Positions 28,908 through 42,399 of a stretch of DNA of 64,000 nucleotides are shown here, piece after piece. The notes below the pieces were generated by a model. That model searched no databases, was not told the DNA's origin, and worked only from the letters and a program-made list of their open reading frames with translations. The position numbers were made by a program, and so were the translations under genes. Source of the stretch: Eledone cirrhosa (taxonomy: Eukaryota); the NCBI GenBank assembly GCA_964016885.1, contig OZ024757.1, forward strand, positions 24,242,001 through 24,306,000, in the 5' to 3' direction. The stretch's first letter is position 1, and the number at the start of each line of letters is the position of its first letter.

Positions 28908-30189
28908 TCGATAGATTGGTAGAATCATTAGAGCGTTGAATAAAATGCTTTGTGGCATTTGAAGAATATTAAACAGATGAAGGTTAGAACGTTGGATATA
29001 ATGGTTTGTGGAATTCGTTTCACCTCTCTGCTCTCTGAGTTCAAATCCCGCCGAGGTCAATAAATAAAAAACTACTAGTACTGGGGTCGATTCTTCCTCT
29101 ATATCTCTTTCTCACTTCTACCCCCTCGCCCTCTTTCATTCCCTGAAAGAAAGCTTTGTGAGGGGATGGGCCCCACCAGGTTTTAAAAGTGCCCCGAGAA
29201 ACGCCCTATGACAATATGTCGCTCCATCGACTCCCACGGGTGTTACGGGTCCACACCATACCAAACAAATGAAGAGATAGATACATTATGTTAAATAAAT
29301 TGGTTTGAGTGTAGCACTTAACTATCGCAATATCGTAGACTTAATTTCAGGGCCGGGTTGTGCAAAACACTTCATTTCACATTGCTCCAGTGAAGTCGAC
29401 TGGAAATTAGTACCAGCAGTAGCTGGAGGTGGGGTTGACTCTGTGACGGACTGGTGTCTTGTCCAGGGGGAGGTTTTGTACTCCCAGTCGCTTACTGTGA
29501 GGGAAACTGGAATAAGCACCGGTCCGATGAGCCTCCAGGTTTGGGACAAACTTTAACCCTACGATGGACTGGCGTCCTGTCCAGGGGTAAGTTTTATCAT
29601 CTCAGTCGCCTAATGCCGATGAAACCGGAAAAAGCACCGGACTGATGAGCCTCCGGGTTTGGACAGACTATAGATTTTAGACAAACTTTTACTGGTAGAA
29701 TCGGTAGAGCGTCAGACAAAATGCTAGGCGTCATTTCGTTACGGCTCTTTACGTTCTAACTCCAAATCCTGCTTTATCATACACTACGTCACGTTAAGTA
29801 TTCCTAAGAATTATGTTAACGAGTAAGCCGTTCGCTCCGTTTATGGAACAACTGGCGCGCTCATCGTCGAAATCAACGGAGGTCCATTTACTTTACTTTT
29901 ATATTATCCAATATTAATGTTTGATAACTAGAGGGGGTACCATAGACAAGGAGGGGTATTCAAGGCGTGGTTGTAACTAATTGAAAACTATCTGAGAGAG
30001 ATTTCACATCTTAGAGGCTTCTCATTGAGCTCAACAGCAAACAGTTGCTTGTTAACCCTTAACGTCCTGTACCACATGAAGCCACATTAAGAAGGCATTC
30101 TTGAAAAGTAAAACGGTATTGTGACTGCCTCACATTAAAAATTATAATCTTTACTATAATACCACAAATGTTTACAACTTTCTTTCAAC

Positions 30190-30447
30190 TAGTAAAGATA
30201 CTATAAATATTTGCATTAGCAAAACTGTCTTTCAATACTTTCTGCTAAATCATTACAGGTTAAGAGATGATACAGCAGTTTTTACAACGATCTGTCCGCT
30301 AGTAAAAATACTAAAAATATTTGCATTAGCAAAACTGTCTTTCAATACTTTCTGCTAAATCATTACAGGTTAAGAGATGATACAGCAGTTTTTACAACGA
30401 TCTGTCCGCTAGTAAAAATACTAAAAATATTTGAATTAGCAAAACTA
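30190..30447. repeat. 110-bp tandem duplication (about 2.3 copies)
   Basis: Repeat of AAATATTTGCATTAGCAAAACTGTC...CTAGTAAAAATACT. Confidence 0.9.
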
Positions 30448-30716
30448 TATTGACATACGTTATGTTAAACCATTTCAGGGGATATTACAGAGTTAAAAAA
30501 TATATTTACTAAGTCATTAGCAAACTCTCAATGCGACAAACGCTGTTAAAAACATGTCAGTGTAGATATACTCTCTATATTTATCATAACGAGTTATATA
30601 TTTTGGCCTTGTCCATTTAATAAATCAGTTTCACGGCAATCACTGACATAATTCAATATAAATGTATAGAGAGAGGAAGATCAAAATGGAGGTCAAAATA
30701 TAGATCGAAGCATATA

Positions 30717-30892
30717 CCGTATTTCCCGGCGTCGAAGACGCTACTTTTTTCCTAAAATAAGTCTAAAAAATCTACCATGCGTCCTGGAGACCAAAGGCTG
30801 TTTTTTTTTTGTTTTTTTTTGTTTTTTTGGTTGTTAAAATTAGGGTGCGTCCTCGAGCGAGAACGAAGTGTCTTCGGCGCCGAGAAATACGG
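30717..30892. mobile_element. Tc1/mariner-pogo type MITE
   Basis: TIRs CCGTATTTCCCGGCGTCGAAGAC / GTCTTCGGCGCCGAGAAATACGG with TA on both sides. Confidence 0.8.
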
Positions 30893-31226
30893 TAATCTAT
30901 CAAAAGAAGTGATCGAAATAAGGAAAGCGAAGAACACGATATATTTGGCTATGTTGACAATAAACAGAAACTGATACGATGTAAGAGGGAAAGCTAGAGT
31001 AGAGTACAATAAGGTATTAAATAAGTTAAACTTATTCTATCATTTTCTTCGGTTAGATATGTTGTCTGTTTATGTCTAACTTTCTGTATATTTTTCATTA
31101 GAAGTATCTCTCATTTCTTCCAACCATAACTACATAAACACATTGAGCTTTGCATAAAACTATTTGGCAATATATACTCTTCTATATAGCTCTCTATATA
31201 AATATAGTTATATATTTTTGCCTTTG

Positions 31227-31275
<49 letters not shown>

Positions 31276-31436
31276 TCTAAAGTCTGTCTCAAGCCTGGAG
31301 GTTCATCAGTCTGGTGCGTATCCGGGTTTCAAGGCGTTAGTTGACTGAGCGTACACTACTCCCTCCTGGATAGAACGCCACAATACGGAGTATTCACAAC
31401 CTCTAACTGGATTACCTATAAGGATAACTTGTTTTC

Positions 31437-31470
<34 letters not shown>

Positions 31471-31475
<5 letters not shown>

Positions 31476-31653
31476 AAAAGAGTCAGGACCCTGACGGCTA
31501 AGCTCCGGCCGTTTCAACAGCTAGATCTGTCGAAACGGCCATAGCTCAGCCGTTGGGGTCCTGACTCTTTTCCTATTACCCACTCTACTACCTTAACTAT
31601 CGAGTACTCTGGTGCGTTATGGTCCACCTGGTATCTTACCACACCTTCTTTGT

Positions 31654-31655
<2 letters not shown>
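31471..31655 (+). mobile_element. Short fold-back element carrying the 3' half of a hammerhead; relatives at about 25850-25960, 33500-33545, 36563-36622 and 53635-53806
   Basis: Palindrome 31471-31576 plus tail; GAAA-CGGC..GCCG-TC/TT; flanked by (TA)n. Confidence 0.6.
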
Positions 31656-31684
<29 letters not shown>

Positions 31685-31830
31685 AGTATATGTTCGTTGT
31701 ATACCGACACCTCAGTATGCAGATTGGAGCACTCGACGAAGTACGCAGGTTGGTTTGGTTACTCCGGAATAATGTAAAATAAAATAATTAAGTCAAATAT
31801 TTAAAATTTGGCTCCGTTTATTAAAGATGT

Positions 31831-31885
31831 ACTGCTATATATATTTCGGTGACAGCCATCATTGGCTGTGACCTCTTCAGGCAGT
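31831..31885 (-). ncRNA. Type I hammerhead ribozyme motif (left arm; sense to the IF pre-mRNA)
   Basis: ACTGC-CTGAAGA-GGTcACAGCCA(ATGA)TGGCTGTcACC-GAAA-T(ATAT)A-TA|GCAGT. Confidence 0.85.
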
Positions 31886-31999
31886 CCGAACTGGTGTGGT
31901 ATAGAAATAACAACCCAACCAAGAGCTCGGCATATTGGAGTATTGACGGAGTAAAACACTTTAACAACATGTGTACCTGTCTCAACCACACCAATTCGG

Positions 32000-32056
32000 A
32001 TTGCCTGAAGAGTTCACAGCCAATAATGGCTGTCACCGAAATATATATATAGCAGT
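32000..32056 (+). ncRNA. Type I hammerhead ribozyme motif (right arm)
   Basis: ATTGC-CTGAAGA-stem II ACAGCCA/TGGCTGT-GAAA-TATATATATA|GCAGT. Confidence 0.7.
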
Positions 32057-32124
32057 ACATCTTTAATAAACGAAGCCAAATTTTAAGTATTTGACTTAAT
32101 TATTTTATTTTATATATATCTATC

Positions 32125-32452
32125 TAGGGCGGGTAAAATTCCCGAGATCCATAGACGAGTTCTCTCCAGCGGTCTCTGTCCCTCATTATCGCTGCCATGT
32201 CCTGCGTCTCCAACAGACTAGTGTCTGTCCTTATGGCATCAACATAACATACGTTAACCTTGGTCTTCCTCTTCCAGTGTGTCCATGTAGGGGATCCCAC
32301 AGGAGCACTGAGTGCAATGTCAACTCTGGATGTCGGTGATGGTGGATGGGTGCTACACGAGAATGCTGAGGATGAAAAACTCAGAGCTGTATGGGAGCCT
32401 CCCAAAAGTCAGCTCAAAAGTGACACAGAGGAGACTGAGGTTAGCTGGACAT
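32125..32452. mobile_element. 3' fragment of an RTE-like LINE with an internal inversion
   Basis: YVDAIRTDT..MRDRDRWRELV on (-); DGCYTRMLR..RRLRLAGH on (+). Confidence 0.6.
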
Positions 32453-32456
32453 GCTT

Positions 32457-32488
<32 letters not shown>

Positions 32489-33540
32489 ATGAAGCTAATT
32501 GTTTATAATCCGTTTAGCCACGGCCGTTATCTGCTCACTCAATGATTTTACAAGAATTTCTAAATTAGAGTGAACAAATGTCGTTTGTTTGTAAATAAAA
32601 CGACTTCGAGTCGTTAATGCGTATAAACACGTAATATGTATAAATACGTTAAATATAACCGTGTGATGTTGACGAACGTCGGAGTGACTACTGAATACCG
32701 AAGTTGATGTACTAATATTATGGAATTGGCAGTATCGGTAGAGGGTCGGACGCCGTGCTTTCCAGCATAGTTACGTCCCTTTACGGTCTGAGTTCAAATC
32801 CCGTCGAGGTTAACTTTGCCTTTCATCCTTACGGGGTCGATAAAATAAAGTACCAGTCATGTACTGGGTAATTGCTGGCCTTGCGCCAAAAGTAGAAACA
32901 ACTAATATTATGACGGCTAAAAGGTGAGATTTGTCACTCTGGCGTTTCACCTGTGTACCCACAGCTTCATCTGACGAGATTCTTCTCAGATGATCGTGTG
33001 GGTACACAAATGAAAGCCAGAGTGACAAGACTCATCATTCAGCCTTAATATAGAATGTGTGAAATAATCCATTCTTATTTTGGTAAGGTAGGATAAGCTC
33101 AATGCATTAATAAAATCAACGACATGCAGAAATCCAAACAAAGGTATATCCCTATATATATCTAAACTCTAAAGTCTGTCTTAAGCCAGAAGGTTCATTA
33201 GGCCGGTGCTTATCTCGGTTTCATGGCGTGAAGCGACTGAGAGTACAAGACTCCCCCCTGGACAGGACGTCAGTCCATCGCAGGGTTAAACCTCCAGCTA
33301 TTGCTGGTACTCATTTTCAGCTGAGTATACTGGAGCAACGTGAAATGAAGTGTTTTGTTCAAGAACACAACACGCAACCCAGGCATCGAACCCACGGCAT
33401 TATGATCGTAAGTCCAACACCCTTACCACTATATATACGATTCCTGGGTTGCGTGTTGTGTTCTTGAGCAAAACACTTCATTTCACGTTGCTCCAGTATA
33501 GAAACGGCTTGAGCTCTGCCGTCAGGGTCTTGAACATTTT

Positions 33541-33586
<46 letters not shown>

Positions 33587-33825
33587 TATACCTTATGTAT
33601 GTATGTTAACCGTAAAAGGGTGAATGCAGAAATTGTTTGCTTAAACTTTTATCTAATAAGCGGCCAAAGTATATGATGAAGTTATATCTGTATATATACA
33701 GGTTAGAAGTAACCGAAACTGCGTAAATATGTTTGTAAATTTACACATCTTGATTATATAGACATTTAACACGTAAAAATGTCAAACGTACGTATCTCCC
33801 TGTAAATTCAAAACATGATTAACAC

Positions 33826-33871
<46 letters not shown>

Positions 33872-34214
33872 GATGCTAAATAAAGAGCCCATAACTCCTG
33901 CTGCTATCGTAGAGGATGCCGACCTGAGTCGTGGCATGCCTTGGGCCTTTTGAACATGGTGGGATAGTGTAAGCCCCATTCCTCTCCAGGTTTGAACACA
34001 GCTGATATTTTCCTACAGTGTGTGCATGTGTGTGTGTTCTGTTGTTTTTTTTACTCCACTAAAATTTTCACTTTTGCATTTTTTAAATGTGCACCGTGCC
34101 GGCCTTTTCCAAACAATCCCAAGCACATACTACTCAGTGTTTCACTTAAACAATATAATATATATTGTTGAGCAATAAAATACAAAAGACGAGGTTTGCG
34201 GCTTAATTAATCCT

Positions 34215-34350
34215 TTGTTTTACGATCGTTTCAAAGAGCAAAATTAACCAAGATATTATTGATATATTGACTAATCGATAATAATAAATTAAGTCCATAG
34301 TATTAGCCACGATAAAATACGTTCATTCTGCCGTTTGTCTTCAGAAACAA
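34215..34350 (-). ncRNA. Type I hammerhead-like motif with long stem II, about 150 nt into intron 1
   Basis: TTGTTT-CTGAAGA-about 105 nt (imperfect pairing)-GAAA-C(GATC)G-TA|AAACAA. Confidence 0.55.
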
Positions 34351-34496
34351 TCGATGAGTTATTTTATATCCACACAAACGTTGAGTTAGTTCTGACAACG
34401 TTACAATTCCTACCTTAATTAGGTTCCTACCTTAATTAGTGTATGTGAAGCGTAATAATCAAAAATATATATATATTTTAAGCTCTTTGTACTTAC

Positions 34497-34954
34497 TGGC
34501 CATTGAGGTTATCTAACTCATCATCCAAAGTTGCAATACGGGCTTTCAAGGTAGCATTTTCATCTGTAGTGGTTTGTAACAGTTTCTTGATTTCATCGAT
34601 TTCAGCTTGGTACATGGCCTTAATTGGCTCAACGTTAAAGTCACGCTTGTTTTTCTTCAGTTCCTCTTTCAGGGCGTTATTCTCAGCTTCAAGGAAACGT
34701 ACCTTTTCGATGTAGTTGGCAAACCTTTCATTCAAATCTTGCATCTCCCGTTTCTCTTTCTCCCTGTTGGTTTTTATATCAGTGGCTCCCTTATGAGAAA
34801 GAGAACTCATGACGCCTTCCTTGAATTGTAAGGGACTTCCATATAATGACCCTGATGACATTGAACTACGACTTTTCCGAATCGTTCGGACAGTCGTTTG
34901 TGATCCCGGCATCGCGTGTGATTTCCTGTATATTGTTTTATGTGATGAACTCAT
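34497..34954 (-). CDS. Cytoplasmic intermediate filament (neurofilament-like) protein, exon 1 (head, coil 1a, start of coil 1b)
   Basis: ATG at 34954; Ser/Arg-rich head, then IF coil 1a signature EKREMQDLNERFANYIEKVRFLEAEN; ends CA|GTAAGT (phase 2), 458 nt. Confidence 0.95.
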
Positions 34955-35134
34955 GGTTGTTATTGTCGTTTGAATATACCCGATGTAAAGAAGTCCCCGG
35001 GGAAATCAGTAAAAGCAACCTTTCAGTCGAAAGTCAATCCAAGAAAAGAAGGTGGTTTATCCAAAAACTGGAAATGGAGAAAAGGAAATTAAATGAAATG
35101 TCAAACGACGTTTCGTCTGTCAGAAGATGCCAAT

Positions 35135-35175
35135 AACTGCGGGAATCTCATCGTCGCAGATGTCTCTTATATATA
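35135..35175 (-). promoter_or_regulatory. Putative core promoter of the IF gene (TATA box and Inr-like motif)
   Basis: TATATATAAG (35175-35166) about 33-35 nt upstream of GCAGTT (about 35138), which is about 185 nt upstream of the ATG. Confidence 0.5.
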
Positions 35176-35288
35176 GCCATCCCTCTCTCTCCCCTCTCTC
35201 TCTCTCAACCGTCCACCCTCTCTATCTCAGCCCCTCTCCCCTCCCTCTCTCCCCTCTCCTTCACCCCCTTTACACGCATATATATATC

Positions 35289-35337
<49 letters not shown>

Positions 35338-35578
35338 TAAGGCCAAGATAGAAAGAACAAAAGCGAAAGGAGGGGGTGAGAGAAGAGAGAGAGGAGGAGA
35401 AAAAGAGAATGAGATAGGGGGGGAAAGAGAGGAGGAGATAGGGGGGGAAAGAGAGGAGGAGGGTGGGATGACAGAGAAAGAGGGAAAGCAGGAGGAGGAA
35501 GAGAGATAGGGAGAGAGAACAAGAGATAAAACGTAGGAAAGATGAAGAGAGAAAAACAAGAGGGAGGAAAGAACGTTG

Positions 35579-35622
<44 letters not shown>

Positions 35623-35800
35623 CTGTGTGTATGTGTGTGTGTGTGTGTGTGAGGGAAACTAGAAATTACATGAGAGTCGGAGCAACATGTGTGAGAATTT
35701 CAAAAGACCACTTAGAAAGAAAGAGAGAAAGACACGTACAGAAATGCCCTGTAGAGATTTATACCAACTTCCCCTGCTTAACCGCCATCATTTAATCCAC

Positions 35801-35870
<70 letters not shown>

Positions 35871-35909
35871 GTGTGTGCCAAATTTCACAGGATTTACTCA
35901 ACTAAAATA

Positions 35910-36041
35910 CACCTACATACACACATATAAACATATAAACATATATATACATATTTACATATATGTATATATATACATATATATATATGTATATATGTGT
36001 ATATATATGTATATATATATTATATATATTATATATATATG

Positions 36042-36083
<42 letters not shown>

Positions 36084-36521
36084 TATGTATACATATATAT
36101 ATGTATACATATATATGTATACATATATATATGTATACATATATATATGTATACATGTATATATATACATATATATATATATGTATACATGTGGATATAC
36201 ACATGTATACATATATATATATATATATATATGTGTGTGTATATACACACCCTAAGTAAATAATTACCTGAAAATCTGAAATGTTTGTATTCTTGCAGTC
36301 CATACTCACACACACATCCACATACACACACGTCCACATACACACACGCCCATACATACACACACGTCCACATACACACACACACATCCACATACACACG
36401 AAAAGTTCACTGAGATGATGAGTGCATGCAGAAAGTAGTAAAACCGCACGCATACACACATGTATATATTCACAGTCACACGTGCACAGATACACACACA
36501 TATGTATAAATGAGAGGTGTC

Positions 36522-36567
<46 letters not shown>

Positions 36568-36618
36568 AAAAAGTATGACCCCGACGGCAAAACTCGAGCC
36601 GTTTCGACGCTATTTCTG

Positions 36619-36680
<62 letters not shown>

Positions 36681-37103
36681 AAATATATATATGTATGTAT
36701 GTATGTATATATATATATATATATATGTATGTATAAATATATATATGTATGTATAAATATATATATGTATGTATATATATATATATATATGTATGTATAA
36801 ATATATATATGTATGTATATATATATATATATATATGTATGTATAAATATATATATGTATGTATGTATGTATAAATATATATATGTATGTATGTATAAAT
36901 ATATGTATGTATGTATGTATAAATATATATATGTATGTATGTATAAATATATATATGTATGTATGTATAAATATATATATGTATGTATGTATAAATATAT
37001 ATATGTATGTATGTATAAATATATATATGTATGTATGTATAAATATATATATGTATGTATGTATAAATATATATATGTATATATATATATATATATATGT
37101 ATG

Positions 37104-37178
<75 letters not shown>

Positions 37179-37296
37179 AAATATATATATATATATACAC
37201 ACACACACATTTACATGCAGCTCCACTTACATTCATGAGCATGGACACATATATGCATATGCAAGCATTCAAGCAAATGCATACACACACAGAGTC

Positions 37297-37340
<44 letters not shown>

Positions 37341-37561
37341 TTTACCGTCATTAGAACACGGCCATGCTGGAGCACATCCTTGACTATAGAATATATAGTT
37401 TCATACGTTTAACATGTAATCGCGGCCATAGGTTTCGCGATCGAGTTATGGCCCCCACTGCCCGATTCCTCATTGCTCACGCATTTTTTCCTTGATCTTT
37501 CATCTCTGGATATCCTACATATACATATGTATGTATGTGTATATATATGTATGTATGTGTA

Positions 37562-37622
<61 letters not shown>

Positions 37623-37640
37623 ATATATGTATGTATGTAT

Positions 37641-37723
<83 letters not shown>

Positions 37724-37728
37724 CATAC

Positions 37729-37777
<49 letters not shown>

Positions 37778-37788
37778 CATATATATAT

Positions 37789-37837
<49 letters not shown>

Positions 37838-37967
37838 TATATATATATATACATATATATACACACATATATATATATACACACATATATATATATATAA
37901 ATATATATATATACACATATATATATACACATATATATATATACACACACATATATATATATATATA

Positions 37968-38031
<64 letters not shown>

Positions 38032-38188
38032 TATAAATATATATACATATATAAATACATATATATAAATATATATACATATATAAATACATATATATAA
38101 ATATATATACATGTATATATACATATATATATATACATATATATAAATATATATACATATATAAATACATATATATAAATATATATAC

Positions 38189-38229
<41 letters not shown>

Positions 38230-41200
38230 CATATACACATATATATATATACATATACATGCATATACATATATATACACACACACACAAACCGTTAAGG
38301 ATTACAAATTATATTTAATTTGCTATTCTTGTTTGTGTGGGTTTATGTATGTATGTATGTATGTATGTATGTATGTATGTATGTATGTGTGTATGTATGG
38401 ATATACAAATACATATGTATAAAAATATATATATGTGTATGTATGTACGTATGTATATACAAATATGAATGTTATGTGTGTGTGTATGGATATATATGTA
38501 TGTGTATATATGTATGTAATGTATGTATGTGTATATATATGCATGTATGTATGTGTATATATGTATGTAATGTATGTATGTGTATATATGTATGTAATGT
38601 ATGTATGTGTATATATGTATGAATATGTATGTGTGTAAGTGTCCGTTACTATATATATTATATGTGCCATGTTGACTAATAATCCTATCAATTTGTATAA
38701 CAGGTTAAAACGGGACTTTCCTGATCTTTCAACTTTATCTCTCTTTGCCTGTCCTTACACATATATACATACATACACACATATATACACACATACATAC
38801 ACACACACACATACATACATACATACATACATGAATACATACATACATGAATACATACACACATACATACACGCAGACATACATACACACATATATACAC
38901 ACATACATACACACACACATACACACATTCATACATACATACACGCAGACATACATACACAAATATATACACACATACATGCACACACACATACATACAT
39001 ACATACATGCATACATACATACATACACACAGACATACATACACACATATATACACACGTACATACACACACATACATACATACACACATACATGCATAC
39101 ATGAATACATACATACATACACACATATATACACACATACATACACACACATACATACATACACACATACATGCATACATGAATACATACATACACACAT
39201 ACATACACACAGACATACATACACACATATATACACACATACATACACACACACATACACACATGAATACATACACACATACATACATACATACACGCAG
39301 ACATACATACACAAATATATACACATATACATACATACACACACACATACATGCATACACACATACATACACGCAGATATACATACACACATATATACAC
39401 ACATACATACACACACACATACACATGAATACATACACACATACATACATACATACACGCAGACATACATACACAAATATATACACACATACATGCACAC
39501 ACACATACATACATGAATACATACATCCATACATACATACATACATACACGCAGACATACACAAATATATACACACATACATACACACACACATACATAC
39601 ACACACACACATACATACATACATACATGCATACATGAATACACACATACATACACACATATATACACACATATATACACACATACATACACACACATAC
39701 ATACATACACACATACATGCATACATGAATACATACATACACACATATATACAAACATACATACACACACATACATACATACACACATACATGCATACAT
39801 GAATACATACATACACACAGACATACATACACACATATATACACACACACATACACACATGAATACATACACACATACATACATACACGCAGACATACAT
39901 ACACAAATATATACACACATACATACATACACACACACATACATACATGAATACATACATACACACATACATACATGAATACATACACACATACATACAC
40001 GCAGACATACATACACACATATATACACACATACATACACACACACACATACACGCAGACATACATACACAAATATATACACACATACATGCACACACAC
40101 ATACATACATGAATACATACACCTATACATACATACATACACGCAGACATACATCCATACACACATACATACATACACGAATACATATATACACACATAC
40201 ATACATGTATACATACACACATACATACACGCAGACATACATACACAAATATATACACACATACATACACACACACATACATACATGAATACATACACAC
40301 AAACATACACGCAGACATATATACACACATACATACATACACGCAGACATATATACACACATACATACACACACATACATACATACATACACACATACAT
40401 ACACACATACATACATACACACATACATACATGAATACATACACATACATACACGCAGACATACACACACACATACATACACACACACATACATATATAC
40501 ACACATACATACATGAACACATGGTGGCTGCCAACTCGTTTTCGAGTACGGCCACTACTTTATATCCATGTAGGAGAACCCCTACCGATGCGCTGAACGA
40601 GTGTGACTTTTTAGTCCAGCCAGCGACTTGAAAACTCTGGTACAAACACTACACTTGTGACAATTATTGACACATAGTGCTTTGCCTTTGGTACCATGTG
40701 ACGACAAGTGCAGAGAGATCTCCAGATATAAAGCAATGCCTGTGCCGTGAAGCTTTTATAGTGAGCAAAGGCACTGCACAAAGCCAGTCCCACTCTCTTA
40801 ACCAAGATGATATTTACCAAAAAGAAGAACAAGTCAACATCATTGGATACCATCAGGGTTGCAGGTGTTATATCAGAGTTTTCCTTCTCCTAGAATTCTG
40901 CCTTGACAAAGGCTAAGGGGTCATCTCTCCCAGTGATTTTGGATGGCCATTGACTCTTAAGAGCTCCTTTGCCCTTTGACAGGTTTTGTTTTTAGTCCTG
41001 CAGGATGTCCAAAGTCACCCTCCTCACCAAGAAACCTTGGTGGGGTTGCCAGTTTAGTCGCCAACGACCCGACCATGAGACAGGTTGTACTGGAACACAT
41101 GTTACCAGTAGCACCAAGTGGTGACCTGACATACATACATACATGAATACACACATACATACATACACACATACATACACACATACATACATGAATACAT

Positions 41201-41410
41201 ACACACATACATACACGCAGACATACACACATATATACACACATACATACACACATACATACACACACACATACATATATACACACATACATGAACACAT
41301 ACATACATACATACATACATACACACATACATACATATATACATACACACATACATACATGAATACATACATACACACATACATGAATACATACATATAT
41401 ACATACATTC
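35910..41410. repeat. Compound (TA)n/(CA)n/(TACA)n arrays; similar arrays at 8112-8965, 11325-12705, 15965-16818, 23795-24710, 48360-49270, 59640-60000 and 60836-61180
   Basis: Direct reading. Confidence 0.95.
40523..41130 (-). mobile_element. Full copy of the non-autonomous RTE-derived element
   Basis: Near-identical to 22796-23432; embedded in (TACA)n. Confidence 0.8.
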
Positions 41411-41972
41411 ATTTCAATTCGAGAATAATAATTGTTTCTATTTTAGGCACAAGCCCAGCAATTTAAAGGAGAGGGGAAATCGATTAAATTGACCCCAGTA
41501 CATTACTGGTACTTTATTTTATCGACCCCGTAAGGATTAAAGGCAAAGTTAACCTCGGCGGGATTTGAACTCACACCATAAAGGCGTGTAACTCCATGCT
41601 GCAAAGCATGGCGTCAGACCCTCTACCGATACTTCCCTTAATAATTGTTTCTACTTTTGGCACAAGGCCAGCAATTACCCACTACATTACTGGTACTTTA
41701 TTTTATCGACCCCGTAAGGATGAAAGGCAAAGTCAACCTCGGCGGGATTTGAACTCAGATCGTAAAGGGACGTAACTATGCTGGAAAGCATGGCGTCCGA
41801 CCCTCTACCGATACTGCCAATCCACTGCCCTTAATAATAATAATTGGCCAACAGGGTCTGAGTCTTTGAGGGCAGTACAATGTTGAAATCCCAAAGAAAA
41901 CACCAAACAGGAATTGTAATGTATGTATGTATGCATGCATGCATGTATGTACGTATGTATGTATGTACGTAT

Positions 41973-42338
41973 GAAGGAAAACTCTGATATAACACCTGCA
42001 ACTCTGATGGTATCCAATGATGTTGACTTGTTCTTCTTTTTGGTAAATATCATCTTGATTAAGAGAGTGGGTCTGGCTTTGTGCAGTGCCTTTGCTCACT
42101 ATAAAAGCTTCACGGCACAGGCATTGCTTTATATCTGGAGATCTCTCTGCACTTGTCGTCACATGGTACCATGGGCCCAGCACTATGTGTCAGTATTTGT
42201 CACATGTGTAGTGTTTGCACCAGAGTTTTCAAGTTGCTGGCTGGACTGAAAAGTCACACTCGTTCAGCGCATCGGTAGGGGTTCTCCTACATGGATATAA
42301 AGTAGTGGCCGTACTCGAAAACGAGTTGGCAGCCACCA
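41973..42338 (+). mobile_element. 3' half of the non-autonomous RTE-derived element
   Basis: Matches 23435-23794. Confidence 0.8.
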
Positions 42339-42399
42339 TGTATGTATGTATGTATATGTACGTATGAATGTATGTATTTATATAGAAATCATCAAGACT

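Larger units (their letters stand above)
31682..32113 (-). mobile_element. Fold-back hammerhead element in (TA)n; truncated relative at 4850-5020 (duplicate 12708-12880)
   Basis: Inverted arms about 31773-31899 / 31985-32113 plus tail 31682-31772. Confidence 0.7.

Noticed and set aside
29610-29660. GAAACCGG...CTGATGAGCC as a type II hammerhead (also 33190-33222 and 45979-46026)
   Set aside because: No room for a UH site and stem I between the motifs; explained as a SINE tail hairpin
37415-37480. Possible minus-strand hammerhead (ATGAGGA...GAAACCTATGG)
   Set aside because: C3 is missing, no UH at the expected place and no convincing stem I
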